A DNA stretch of 64,000 bases from the human T2T-CHM13v2.0 reference genome, Homo sapiens: the NCBI RefSeq assembly GCF_009914755.1, contig NC_060938.1; one strand, 5' to 3'. The notes under the pieces are model-generated. The model searched no databases, had not been told where the DNA came from, and saw only the letters and a list, made by a program, of their open reading frames with translations. A program made the position numbers and the translations under genes. This document shows positions 1 through 13,804 of the stretch, piece by piece. The number at the start of each line of letters is the position of its first letter. Within the stretch, counting starts at the first letter, position 1.

Positions 1-145
1 CTCAATTTCATTCTCTAAAATAATGATCAGAATAATGGTATCAATATCATAGGTTAGTGGTGAGTATTAAGTTAATTCATTTAAGTAAAGCTCTTAGAAG
101 AACACCTGGCAAGTAGAAAATGGATTTGAGTGTTCATTATTATTT
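1..145 (+). mobile_element. MIR SINE fragment
   Basis: Degenerate MIR-core-like sequence (ctcaatttcattctctaaaat...tagtggtgagtattaag...gtaaagctcttagaagaacacctggca). Confidence 0.55.
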
Positions 146-1029
146 TCCCCATTGGCAGCACCTTGGTTTAAACTTGTAGATTTTATAAAGATTGTTCCAG
201 ATGACAAGTACTTTGGACATGCATGGCGTGCATATACACAAAAGGTTAGCAGTTGCAATTTTGAGTCTGGGATAGCATGTGTTACATCGTTTTTACTAGT
301 AATAAGGGATTTATTTAGACTAATAAGCTTTTTGACTTATTAATGGATTCAATTTTTTGTTCAAATATATAGTGAAGAGCATATTAACAAAATCCATACA
401 CTAAATTTGTTGGTACTTTGAACATGACTTTATATCAAGTTTGGGATACACATCAAATTTTCTTGAATGCCTAAAGTTTATTCACTAAGTGCTGCTTACT
501 TGCCAGCAGGAGAGGAACAATTTAGTCACAGAGGAACAATTTTGTCACATGTTAAGAATGACCAACTTATACAATAGAGTCACCAGTAATGACTCTATAC
601 CATCACCATGCGAGACTCACATTTATTTTTCTTATATTCCAGAGAACAAAAGCTTGATCTTTCATAACTGTATAGCAACTGTGGAAAGATAGCAGTATAA
701 AGTGAAATGACAGGCTAATGGAGTCACCTTGACCTGGGACTCATTTGCTGGGGACATAGTTATTTAGTTGTAAGAAGTATCTTTTAGTTTAGAGGTATAA
801 TATCTCCTCTTAAGTAACTTTTGCTTTCAGCAAACCATAAGAGTAAAAAATAATCCAAAAGGTTTGGAAGCCAAGGAATATGTCAAACTGAATCCTGGAG
901 TTAATTCCTTAGTACCCAGCTCAAAGAAAGATGCCATCGTTTCATATCTGAATTACCAGAATGACATCTTCTATTCTTGACCATATTTGACACATGAACA
1001 CCTTATTCTTTCACTTTTTCTTCCTTTTT

Positions 1030-1375
1030 TCCTTTAGAACTTCTGAAAAATTTCAAACCTACAAAACAACTGAAAGAATAGTACAATAGGTATTTACATT
1101 CTCTTCTGGATCCACTAATTTTTAATATTTAGTACATTCTCTCTCTCTGTCTCTCTCTCTCTCTCTCCTGATTTAGAATTTAGTTGCAGACTTAATGACA
1201 CTTCTTGCCTAGGTAGTTCATCATTTGTTTTTAAGAGCTAGAGCATTCTCTTATACAACGACAATACAATTATTATGTTCTGAGAATTTATCATTGATAG
1301 AATATTGTCATCTAGTACACAGTTCCTATTCAAATTTTGCTAGTTGTCTCAATTTTTATAGCTTCATGATTTTCT
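1030..1375 (-). mobile_element. Ancient L1M (L1ME/MC-like) 3' fragment, containing (CT)n at ~1139-1168
   Basis: aaaaatttcaaacctacaaaacaactgaaagaatagtacaat resembles the antisense 3' end of old L1M elements. Confidence 0.45.
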
Positions 1376-1643
1376 TTTTCTAGATTTAATCAAGAAAAAC
1401 TCTTTACATTTGGTTTTAATATTTTCACTTTCATATTATCTTATGGAAGTCAATATAATATTTTTGAAAGCTCAAATAAATTATATCATCTCCTGCAATC
1501 TTTTAATAGCCCTTAAAATGAAATACAAATCTATCCTTAGCACCTCAATGCCATTTCATTTATTATCAACTTCACATTCTTTTTCAGTTACACAGAATTA
1601 ACTTACATTTCCAGAAATCACCACACCCTCTCTTATATCTATA

Positions 1644-2146
1644 TGTGGGGATTCAGTCAGGCTGGTGGGGAAAATTTTAGTTATAAATAATAGCCACAAA
1701 CCTTCTTGGAAGGCCTGAAGGTTTTTGGAGAAGTTTCGGGATAAGGTTATGGCTGAAGGCAACCTAATCCTTACCTTGACTAAATAGTTTAAAGTGGGTA
1801 CAAAGGAAGGAAGAGTAGTTTATCTAACTAGCTTGTTTACTCATGGGGTCATAAAACCAACCTTTGATCACTTGCGGGTACATGATGGCTCTCTCCGGGA
1901 TGGGGGCAACCACATTAATTAGCCACAAGTGTATTTACTCACAACCTTTGTCAATTAATCTTTACTGAATAAATGCTAGTCTCACTGGCAAGTCGAGGCT
2001 ATGGCTGCGAACTCTGTACAGAACCTTCCTTGGCGTCTGTAAGTGGTATGGACACTTAGCTGGACTGGCAAAGCAGAATATCTGTGTGTCAGTGTACTTT
2101 GTTCATCTGTCATTGAGTCAGGGTCTGCGAGGGACAGTCCCCTGCA
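1644..2146 (+). mobile_element. Solo LTR, LTR22 family (HERV-K HML-5)
   Basis: TG...CA termini, about 500 bp. Starts tgtggggattcagtcaggctggtggggaaaa, like the LTR22 consensus. Internal AATAAA at ~1968. Degenerate 6-bp TSD tctata/tctgtg. Confidence 0.75.
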
Positions 2147-2149
2147 TCT

Positions 2150-2525
2150 GTGGCTTCACACCCTCTCTTACCTCTATGGCTTTGTATATCATGTTTCTGC
2201 ATCAAAATATTCTTGAACCTTAATTCCTCTTCATCTGGCTACCTCATCCTTGTTCTGAGAGTCACAACTAGCACATCAATGCCAATAAAACAACTTCTCT
2301 GTTGACCTCAGACTGAATTTAGTGCCCCAGTACATGCTCATGGAGCATACTACAGTAATCACCAGAAGAGGATTTAATATGTTGCTTTGTATTCACCTGT
2401 TATTTACTAGAATTCTCATTCAGATTGTTAAGTTTCTTGAAGACATAAACTATATATCTTGCTCACCACTGTATTCCTCTCATCCACTGAGTATTTTTCA
2501 CATAGTTCAGTGAATGTTGAGCAAT
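2150..2525 (+). mobile_element. L2 LINE 3' fragment (split by the LTR22)
   Basis: gattgttaagtttcttgaagac...tcttgctcaccactgtattcc...gaatgttga resembles the L2 3' end. Confidence 0.5.
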
Positions 2526-4605
2526 AAGACACACAAAATCATAATGCTATTTTGAATCCTTAAGCTGAGTCTGAATAGAATTATAACTGAGTGGTCTGGG
2601 TGGGTTCTAGGTTATTTCTCTGTCAGAAGCAGGCAGAAAAATGTAGCTATTACTGTTATGTGATCTCTGAGAATATTTTCACAATTTATCTTTTTTTAAA
2701 TGATTATTTGTGTGATATAATTTTGTAACACAAGACTATAAAAATAAAGTTTAATAATCAGGATTTGAAGCCTTTCCCAAATCTCCCACCTATAAGAAAT
2801 CTAAGTTCAGATTGAGTGATTAATCTTTAGATTTAAAACTTACCAAAGGTTAACAATTTTCAGGAAAACATGCTTATCACTAATGGTAACATAGGAACAT
2901 GGAAAAAGAATGCCCAGTAACTCGCTGCTTCTCATTTGTGGTTCTTGTAAAGAAATGATTCCCTTATAAACATATTTCTTATACATTAATGATAACTACC
3001 ACAGAAAACTTATAGAACTACACTGAAAGGTAAGACATTCTTTTAACTTGTACCTCTCCACTTTATATTAATAGCATTAAAATATTCACTGATTCGTAAG
3101 GCTTGAAAAATACCTTAAAACTGATCTAATAACTCTTTTACATACAGTAAAGTCTATGTGTACACCATTTCAGATACTTACTTTTCCTTTCTTATAAACA
3201 AACACAACCTTGAAGTAGACATTTTTCACTGTCATCATTCCGTCATAGACCCAGAGCTATTTCTAAGAAAAGATCTCATTTTTATAGAAACTCAGAAAAT
3301 TATAACAAAAGAAAATTTTACTCTTATAAGGCTGGTCTGCAGAAAAAGGTGGAATTTCATCCCTTCAAGAATGATACAAATTAATTAAAATAGGGTTGTT
3401 CCCCACCCTCAGCAATGGAAATCTACACAGATAGAGATAGAGAAAGAGAGAAAAACTACTTTTGGGAAAACCAATATTGGCATCTACAGATTAAAGAACA
3501 TCACACAGAAAAACTGCAAATTAGGTATAGCCATAAATCGATTGCCCTATAGAATTCAGAGAATCTCTGTAATTTGAAATAGGAATGAATAATGAATTGG
3601 AATAAACTGCTATTCCCAAAATAGCTCTGTATTTCCATATAATGACTCTAAACACTACCCAATCACGTCTCCCCTAAATTACTACAACAAACAAAATAAG
3701 AGATTGCATAATTCAAAGTACTCCACCAATACTGAAAACAGCAGCTATACATTCCAATTCACTTCATTGTTTTATTTATTCATTTGAGGAACTTGTAATC
3801 TAGTGTATAAGGCAAAGAAACAATTATCAAAAGTTCAAGTAGGACTGTGAACAGTGTGCTGTGGATCACAGTAAGATGGCAGAACAGAAAGTCCCAGGCC
3901 TTGACTGCCTACAAAAATATCAATTTAACTATTCTGTGTGGACCAAAATACCATTATGAGGTTTCTATAATGCAGTTAAGAAGTTGCAGTGCCACAAGGG
4001 AAAACACAGCTGAGAACAGCAACATTTCAGTGAGCAAAAAGAGTAATTTCATTTTACACACACACCTCTTTTCCCCAAGCCCTCACAACTCAGTCTCAAG
4101 AGACAACCCTCCAGCTCAATCCTTCTCCTTCAGGGAACAAGGAAAAAGAAGAGGAATGCATGCATCCAATGTTTTAGCTTTTCAGAGGGCTGCCCAAGAA
4201 AGTGAATTCTGTTTCGCTTCATTTGGGGCATTAATGGAACCAGCATGTCTTGGATGTCTGGAGACAACAGAGAACAAAGAAGAATTGGGAGAGGAGCTTG
4301 CTGTGGCTGGCACAACTCAGTGCACTCTGGAGAAAGAGCACAACTCCAGCCTTCTACCTCAGAAAGGAGGAGGAGAAGGGAAATGTGTATCCAGTGTTCT
4401 AGGTTTTTTTGGAGAGCTACTTGAGCAACTGGCATCTGTCTCACTTTACTCAGGGCATTAGGGGAAGCTGACACACTCTGAATGCATAGATGCCACTGAG
4501 AACTAGAGAAAGAAGGAGGCTTGCTGGTGTAGAATCAGGAAACTTTCACAGAGACACACCAGAGGAGCAAGAGATTATAAGCTCCTGAAAAAGAAACTGA
4601 GTAAC

Positions 4606-4906
4606 TTTTTTTTTTTTTTTTTTTGAGACAAGAGTTTGCCCTGTTGCCCAGGCTGGAGTGCAGTGGTGTGATCATAGCTCACTGCAGCTTTGACTCCTGG
4701 GCTCAGGTAATCCTCTGTACTCAGGCTCCTGAGTAGCCAGAACTACTGGTTTGTGCCACCACACCCAGCTGATTTTTTAATTTTTTGTAGAGATGGAGTC
4801 TTGCTATGTTGCTTAGGCTGGTCTTGAACTTTTGGCCTCAAGCAGTCCTCCTGCTACAGCCTTGAAGAGTTGTTGAGATTACAGTAGTGAGTCACAGTGC
4901 ACAGCC
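4606..4906 (-). mobile_element. Alu (AluJ-like)
   Basis: Poly-T tail followed by a divergent antisense Alu dimer (gatcatagctcactgcagc). Confidence 0.9.
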
Positions 4907-6032
4907 TATAAACATCTCTAATTGAGAAACTGAATGCACAGGCCTCAGAAAAGTTCTATTTCCCCCTAAAATTTTCAGAGGCCCTCAGAATCTCCAACTG
5001 GGCTAATTGGTGAGAGTCTTTCCCTATACAAAGTCAGTTCATAAAGAATAGGAGAGGTGGCTGTTTTACATTTGTGTAGATCCCAACACAAAGTTATGAG
5101 CTACACAAAGAAACAGAAAAACCTGACCCAAGAAGAGGAATAAAATAAATCTCCAGAAACAGATTATAAAGAAACAGAGGTGTATGTGTCACCTGACAAA
5201 GAATCAAAACACCTGTGATAAATATGCTCTATGACCTCGAGAAATGATGCCTGTACAAAATGTGAATATCAAAAAGAGATAGAAAATTTAAAAGAAGCCA
5301 AACAGAAATTTGGAGCTGAAGAATACAATAACCGAAGTAAAAACTTTAATAGAGAAGCTCATCAGCAGACTTATACAAGCAGAAAAAGGAATTGGCGAAC
5401 TCAAATATAGGTGATTTAAAAGTATCCAATCAAAAGGAAAAGGAAAACAGAATCAAAAGAAGTGAAGAAGGCCTAAGAGACTTATAATACACCATCAAGT
5501 GCACTAATATGCACATTATGAAAATTCCAGAAGAAGAGAGAGAGAAAGGTGTGGAAAGTTTAAAGAAATGATGGGCTAAAACTTGCCAAATCTGGGGAAG
5601 TAAATGAACACCCAGATTTAAGAACCCCACTGGATGTCAACAAATAAGAATCCAAGAATATACACACCAAGACATGTCATAAGGAAACTGTAAAAAGTGT
5701 AAGACAAAGAGAGACTTTTGAAAGCAACAAGAGAAAAACGACTTACTATATGCAAGGGACCTCCATAACCTTATCAGTAGATGTCTATCAGGAGATGTCT
5801 CGGCAGAAATCTTGCAGGCCAGAAGATAATGGGATGATTTATTCAAAGTGCTGAAAAAAAAAAACAACTGCCAGCCAAGAATACTATCCAGGAAAACTAT
5901 CTCTTAAAAATGAATGAAAAATAAGGACTTTACTAGAAAAACAAAGTGGGGGAAATGTATCACCACTAGACATGCCTTATGAGGAATGCTAAATGGGGCC
6001 CATACTACTTAAAGCAATTTACAGATCCAATG

Positions 6033-6115
6033 AAATCTATATTAAAATCTATATTAAATCTAAATTAAATCTATATTAAAATCTATATTAAAATATATTA
6101 AAATCTATATTAAAA
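6033..6115. repeat. AT-rich minisatellite, ~12-bp unit (AAATCTATATTA), ~7 imperfect copies
   Basis: Direct inspection; expanded inside the L1M ORF2. Confidence 0.85.
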
Positions 6116-7449
6116 ATGGCATTTTTTACATAAATAAAAAAATTATAAAATTTATACAGAACCACAGAGAACTCTCAGTTGCCAAAACAAACTTGAGAAA
6201 GAAGAACAAAGCTGGAGGCCCCACACTTTGTGATTTCAAAATATGTTGCAAAGCTACAGTAATCATAAGAGTATGACACTGTCATAAAAAAACAGACATA
6301 CAGATTAATAAAACAGAGATCTCAGATATCCACACATCTATAGTCAACTGATCTTTGACAAGAGTGCCAAGAACACATAGTGAGGCAAAGATAGTCACTT
6401 TAACTAATGGTGCTGGGAAAACTGGATATGCACATGCAAAAGAATAAAACTAGGTCTAAGTCTTACAACATACACAATAAATCACTCGAAATGCATTAAA
6501 GACTTAAGACCTAAAACTCTAAAACTCCTAAGAAAAAACACAAGAGAAAAGCTTCTTGACATTGATCTTGGAAAGGATTCTTTTTTGTTATGACACCAAA
6601 ACACAAGCAACGAAAGCAAAAATAGACAAGTGGGACACCAAACTAAAAAATCTTCTGCACAGCAAAAGAAAGAATCAACAGGGTGAAAAGACAATCTACA
6701 GTATGAATGAAAATATTTGCAAAGCATGCATCTAATAAAGGGTTAATCTCCAAAATATATAAGCAACTTCTACAGTGAAAAGTAAATATTATTGTTTGAT
6801 TAAAAGCTGAGCAAATGACTTGAATTAACATTTATCCAAAGAATACATACACATGGCCAACAGGTATATGAAAAGATGGTCATCATCATTAATCATCAAG
6901 GAAATGTAAATCAATCCCACAGTGAGGTACTACCTCATACCTGTTAGAATGCATTATTAAAAACAAGAACAACAACAAAAAGAAAATAGCAGGTGTTTGT
7001 AAGGATGTGGAGAAAATTGGAACCCTTGAACACGATTGGTAGGAATGTAAAATGAATCAGCTGCTATGAAAAATGGTAGAGAACACAGTGTGTAGGTTCC
7101 TCGAAAAATTATAAAGAGAATTACCATATGATCTGACAACATTAATTGTTCCCAATTCCCACTGGGAAAATGGGGAGCTGCTTTTCAGTGGATACAGTTT
7201 CAGTTATGCAAGATGAAAAAGTTCTGGAGACCTGCTGTAAAACTTTCTGCATATAGTTAACAATAGTGTACTGCACAGTTTAAAAATTATTTAAAAGGTA
7301 GGTATCTGGTTATCTGCTTTAACTACAGTAAAAATAGTTATGGAACCTCTTTTATAAACAAAAAATTACACATGTATATAAGCATTTTCAAATCTTAGGT
7401 ACAATTTTAAATCAATTAAAGTGTGGAGAGAATTTTTTTAAGTGGGAAA

Positions 7450-7799
7450 AGAAGATGAGTGACCCTTGAAAGTTGTCCTCATTCAGACATCAAAAACAGC
7501 GTCTGAGTTTTTGTTACAATTCACTCCTGATTTTTGATCACCTTCCTTTGGGGCCAGTGGGAGGTTCAAATGATGCAATCTCTGGCCTGTATATGTAGGA
7601 ACCTCATCCCAGCCCTATTCCCTCTATCTGCTATAAAACTTTAAGCCAGTGTTCTGTCCCTGTTCTCTTAAGACATTTTCAGACCAGTCCAGAAGCCTTC
7701 CCTGCTCTTCCCAGAAAGTTTTATTACTCAAATAATAAACCTTTTCATGACTTTTTGGAATATGTGTGGCAATACATCTTGATATTTAAGCCAAATCTT
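7450..7799 (+). mobile_element. Probable ERV1-type LTR fragment (family uncertain)
   Basis: TATA-like ctataaaa (~7631) and aataaa (~7734) spaced as in an LTR U3/R region. Interrupted by the L1PA at 7800. Confidence 0.4.
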
Positions 7800-9068
<1,269 letters not shown>

Positions 9069-11634
9069 ATTTTAAGCCAAATCTTATACAGAGATCTATA
9101 ATATTTCTGCTAAGTGAGTTTAATATGTTTCATTTATTGAACAATCAAGGGGTAAATTTTAAAAAGCATGTTTTATTTCATTTTCCATTTCTGGTTCAGT
9201 TTTAGAATAGTCTCATGATCTCTGCTTTTTTTCCCTGGATAGGTGTGGTTAGCTCTGAGCTAGGTCTGTCTATTTCTGGCACTTCCTTTTTCATTGTTTT
9301 GCTTGTTTTCATTAAGAAATGTAACAATTTTAATTTACAGAGAGTTAAAGATTCATGTAAACAACAAAGACCTGTACAGTTGCATCCTTAGGAAGTTTAG
9401 AAATAGAATTTATTAATACCAATAAATTATATTAAAAAGATCCCAAACATTCAATATGGATTCTATACTAAGGCATGACCTGTGGAAAAGTAATTTCTTA
9501 AATAAGATATGCTAACTACCTGGTGTGTTTTATGATTTCAGTTTATTCAATGTCAACATCCATGCCAGATAATCACACAGACCTTCCAACTCATGCTTTC
9601 ATAAAAACTATTATCTCCAATAAATCAAGTAAAATGTAGCCAAGAAATTGTTGCAAACAACCTCTGGAATAACAGTCCCATAGAATTCCCTTGTTATCTC
9701 CTGCACCTACATAATTTGTGTTTATTATTGTGAAATGTCTTGAAACCCTAAGTATCTTCCTGTTAAAAACCTACTCCCATATTTTATTTAGAAAAAGTGG
9801 TGACTCTTAGTTATTTATGTCAATTCAACAGTCAGAAAATGTGTATCAGAAGGCTTTTTGAGAATTGTCTGTTAATTTATGTGTTTTATTATTAATAATT
9901 CTATAATTATTTTATATGTCATTAATCTCTTACCTATTAATTACCTATTATTTATTTATTATGTGAAGCTGTGAGAATACATAATTGAACACTATAAGTT
10001 TCTCAAAGCAATCAAAATAATGCGAGGGAAAGAAAAAAAGATTGATAATTGTGCCAATTACTATAATCCAGGTATAGACCCTGGCTTATAGATACACATT
10101 TTACATAATTTTAACTTTTATGAATCATTCCAGATAATTTTAAGGTGGCCATTCTATATTCTTCTTTTCTAGAATTATGAAGCCTGTCTGTAATGTGAGA
10201 CAATGTTACCAATGATACATACTAAAATACCTATATTTACTTAATGAAAATAATGTATACAGATATGTTAAATATATAGACTGTATGTAAACACATTTTT
10301 TCCTAATGAGCTGACGCAATTGGGTAACCCAATCTGGGATTTAGTAGCCATTATTTCTACATGTGCCTAGAAGTTTGATGCAGCCATTTATTCATACCTT
10401 TCAACTCTGCGTCTGTTGAACTTTTTTTATCATTTCTCTTTCCCAGCACTGTCCAACATTAGTAGTAATTGGACTATTATCTTCATACTTTACCATCCTG
10501 TAGATGTGGTCACCCCCTGATGTATAGCCCTCACCAAAATTTTCTCAGTGTCTTTAGAAGGAGAAGACTTGTCTACAATTTATGATATTCACCATTTTGA
10601 GGAAAAAGGGAGAAGTATAAAATGTTGTTTAAAAAAGCCAGTATTTTAAATGCCAAGAAATAACCCTAATATAACAGTAAAACTATGAGGGTAGAATGGA
10701 ATGTTAGGCATTTTTAAAGAGAGAGTGAACATTTGTATTCGCAAAAATGAGTGGAAAGATACAAGATCAGACAAGGGTGATCTCTGAGGTGAAGTGGGAA
10801 ATAGGGATGAGAATATTGTCTTTGCATATAACTTAATGAGTAGAAAACCTGGGTTAATATTATATTTTTGTAGAGAAGCCTAGATTAATGGAACAGACAT
10901 GAGTCAATACATAGTGGTAAATGAACACATTATTTTTTGGCTTATTTTAAAAATTTCTGCCTTTGCATTTGAATCACACTCATAGATTCCCTAAAGTCAA
11001 ATAATTTTTGGCTAAACTGATAAAATTTTGAATATATAAAATTTAAGGCCAAGCTGCTGGATATTGTGATCCACCCAAATATCCAGGCATATTAGGAGAC
11101 CCTTCATGCACATCTATCAACCACTGACTGACTTTCCTCTACTTCTCTGCTTTGTATATGTTAGTTGACTTTATCTTTACAATGGCTTTGAAATAGGGAT
11201 TTTTACTCTCACTTCTCAAAAGAGCAAGCCTGTTAAGAGAAGTTGACTAAATATTCATACATACCAGATCAGTGTTAATTCAAAGCTGGAGGACATTCAT
11301 TTGCACTATGTTGTCTGTCCTCCATTCAAAATTCCTAAGCCTGCACTGTGGAAGAGATGTTGAAGTTCTGCAGTATCAGTTAATGCTATCACAAAGCCAA
11401 GAATTTTGGAAAGTTAATTTAAAAAAATTTTTGTCTGAATGTAAGTATATACACAATAATTCCAAAATTCATCAAATATCCTTTACTTAGTGACTAGTGA
11501 GAATAAGAAACCTAAATTAACATATTTTTGTTTTGCTTAAACATAAATTTAAAACAGTTGTACATTTCTTACTTCTTTTTATATTTTATTGTTTTCCAAG
11601 TGAAATGAACCCAGGTTATTAACATAATAGAATA

Positions 11635-12056
11635 CAGCTGACCCTTCGACAATGCAGGTTTTAGAGACACTGACCCCTGTGCAGTTGAAAATCTGTGTAT
11701 AACTTTTGACTCCCTCAAAACTTAACCATAGTAGCATAATATTGACCGGAAGCCTTACTAATAACATAATTAAAATATATTTTGTAAGTTATATGCATTA
11801 TATACAATATTCTTACAATAAAGTAAGAGAAAATGTTATTAAGAAAAGTATTAAAAAGAGAAAATGCATTTAATATTTAATAAGTGAAAGTGGACCATCA
11901 TAAAGGTCATCTTTGTCATCTTTACATTAAGTAGACTGAGGAGGAGACTGAGGAGGACAGGTTGGTCTTGGTGACTTTAGGGATGATGGGGTGGAAGAAA
12001 CTCCAGGTATAAGTGAATTATTCCAGTTCAAACCCATGTTGTTCAAGGGTTGACTA
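11635..12056 (+). mobile_element. Tigger2a DNA transposon (TcMar-Tigger)
   Basis: TIRs cagctgacccttcgacaa / ttgttcaagggttgacta, preceded by TA. Internal gttgaaaatctgtgtataacttttgactccc. Confidence 0.85.
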
Positions 12057-12087
12057 TGATATAACAATAATAAAAATTATTATTACA

Positions 12088-12409
<322 letters not shown>

Positions 12410-13621
12410 TCACTTTATTATTGTTTGTCCTACATTTCTCATTAGCTACATGTATATGAAGAACAGAAGCAGCAATGGTCAAAAAGTTTACAGAACTTTT
12501 CTTAAACTTTTCTTAAAAGTTTACAGAAACATTACACACATTGATTAAAAAGTGAGCAACCAGTTAATTTATGAGTTTATATTTTTTCCTAATTTTTAAT
12601 CTTTGCCTATATGTAGCAGGGGAGTTATTAAATAATATTTTCCTGATGTATCATTTATGAAAAATCATTTATAAGAACCAAACACTTCAAAAAATTAGTG
12701 TAATTGCTTCAGGTAAATCTGCAAATAAACTCTTAGCAAAGTGTTAAAAAATCTGAAAATATATTCAGAGTAGTGAGATATTTTCTTCTTAAACATACAA
12801 GATACATGCTACAGATTTATGTTGTCATCTTCTGAAGTTCTAAATAAAAATGAATTAGTAGCTATGATAATTATCTTATTTGCTAAAATAATTGTTAGAT
12901 TAATAGCCAAATGTTTCTTTTATTTTTAAAATATATTAGCAATAACACAAATGATGCACTTATTTTCCATATAATTTTAAATTAATTTTATTTAATGATG
13001 ATTCTGTTTATTATATTCACACCTAGTACACTAAATATCATATTATTTGAAAACTACATTAGTATTTCACTCGCATGCTAAAATATAATAAATTATTCTA
13101 TGAAACAAAGTGTGTAAATTTTCATCTTCTTGTAGACAAAAGTAGACAAATTTATCAGTCTTGCACATGTGATAGAATGTTTGCTAATTTATCCTACTTT
13201 AGTGGTTCAACAGTTGACATTATCTCCCCCACTCACCCACCACATACTACCGTCCATTCACTAAAAATTAACATGAATTTGAAATTATAAAAATGCTTTT
13301 ATGCCTACAGTTTTGATTTGAGGCATTTCTATTAGCTAGAAAATGTGTTAATAGCTTATCTTTTGCTAACATCCTTCTTTAGATTAAATCTCAGAGAAGG
13401 CTCGAGGACAGAGGGGTCCCCAGATTCTACCTGAATTACAGGAATCCCTGACTTCCCTGAGCATAGATGAACTATCATGGTATACAGTAACTACCCAAAT
13501 ACAGAGTATATCTATCATGTTCTGGTTGGATGTTTTTTCAAATACCAATTATTATAAGGGTAAAGGCGGCATGTTTGTTGGTAGAATTTCCAGAGCACAG
13601 AAATGAAACAGACTTCTAAGA

Positions 13622-13804
13622 CAGTGGTTTATAAAGTGCAGTCCACAGACCAGTAGTGGCAGCATCACTTGGGAACTTGTTAGAAATGAAAAATTTCAAT
13701 TTCCATTCCAGATCTATAAAATCAAAAACTCTGAGGTTGGGGTTCAACAGTCTATGTTTTTAGCAGACTGTCAAGTCATTCTAATGCATTGTAAAGAACC
13801 ACCT
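13622..13804. mobile_element. MER5A (hAT-Charlie MITE)
   Basis: cagtggtt...agcatcacttgggaacttgttagaaatg...agaaccac; about 180 bp. Confidence 0.8.

Larger units (their letters stand above)
3870..7335 (+). mobile_element. Old L1M (L1MB1/2-like 3' end): 5'UTR, ORF1, large internal deletion, ORF2 3' part, 3'UTR
   Basis: Starts aagatggcagaa. ORF1-like ~5100-5995. Jumps to the ORF2 'ILPKAIYRFNA'-like segment at ~5997. ORF2 C-terminal remnant to ~7135. 3'UTR gttatgcaagatgaaaaagttctggaga. Confidence 0.8.

Noticed and set aside
3847-4461. 204-aa ORF as a novel gene
   Set aside because: It has a GTG start, lies in an L1M 5'UTR and shows no recognisable domain.
6033-6115. CRISPR-like array
   Set aside because: There are no spacers; this is a eukaryotic tandem repeat.
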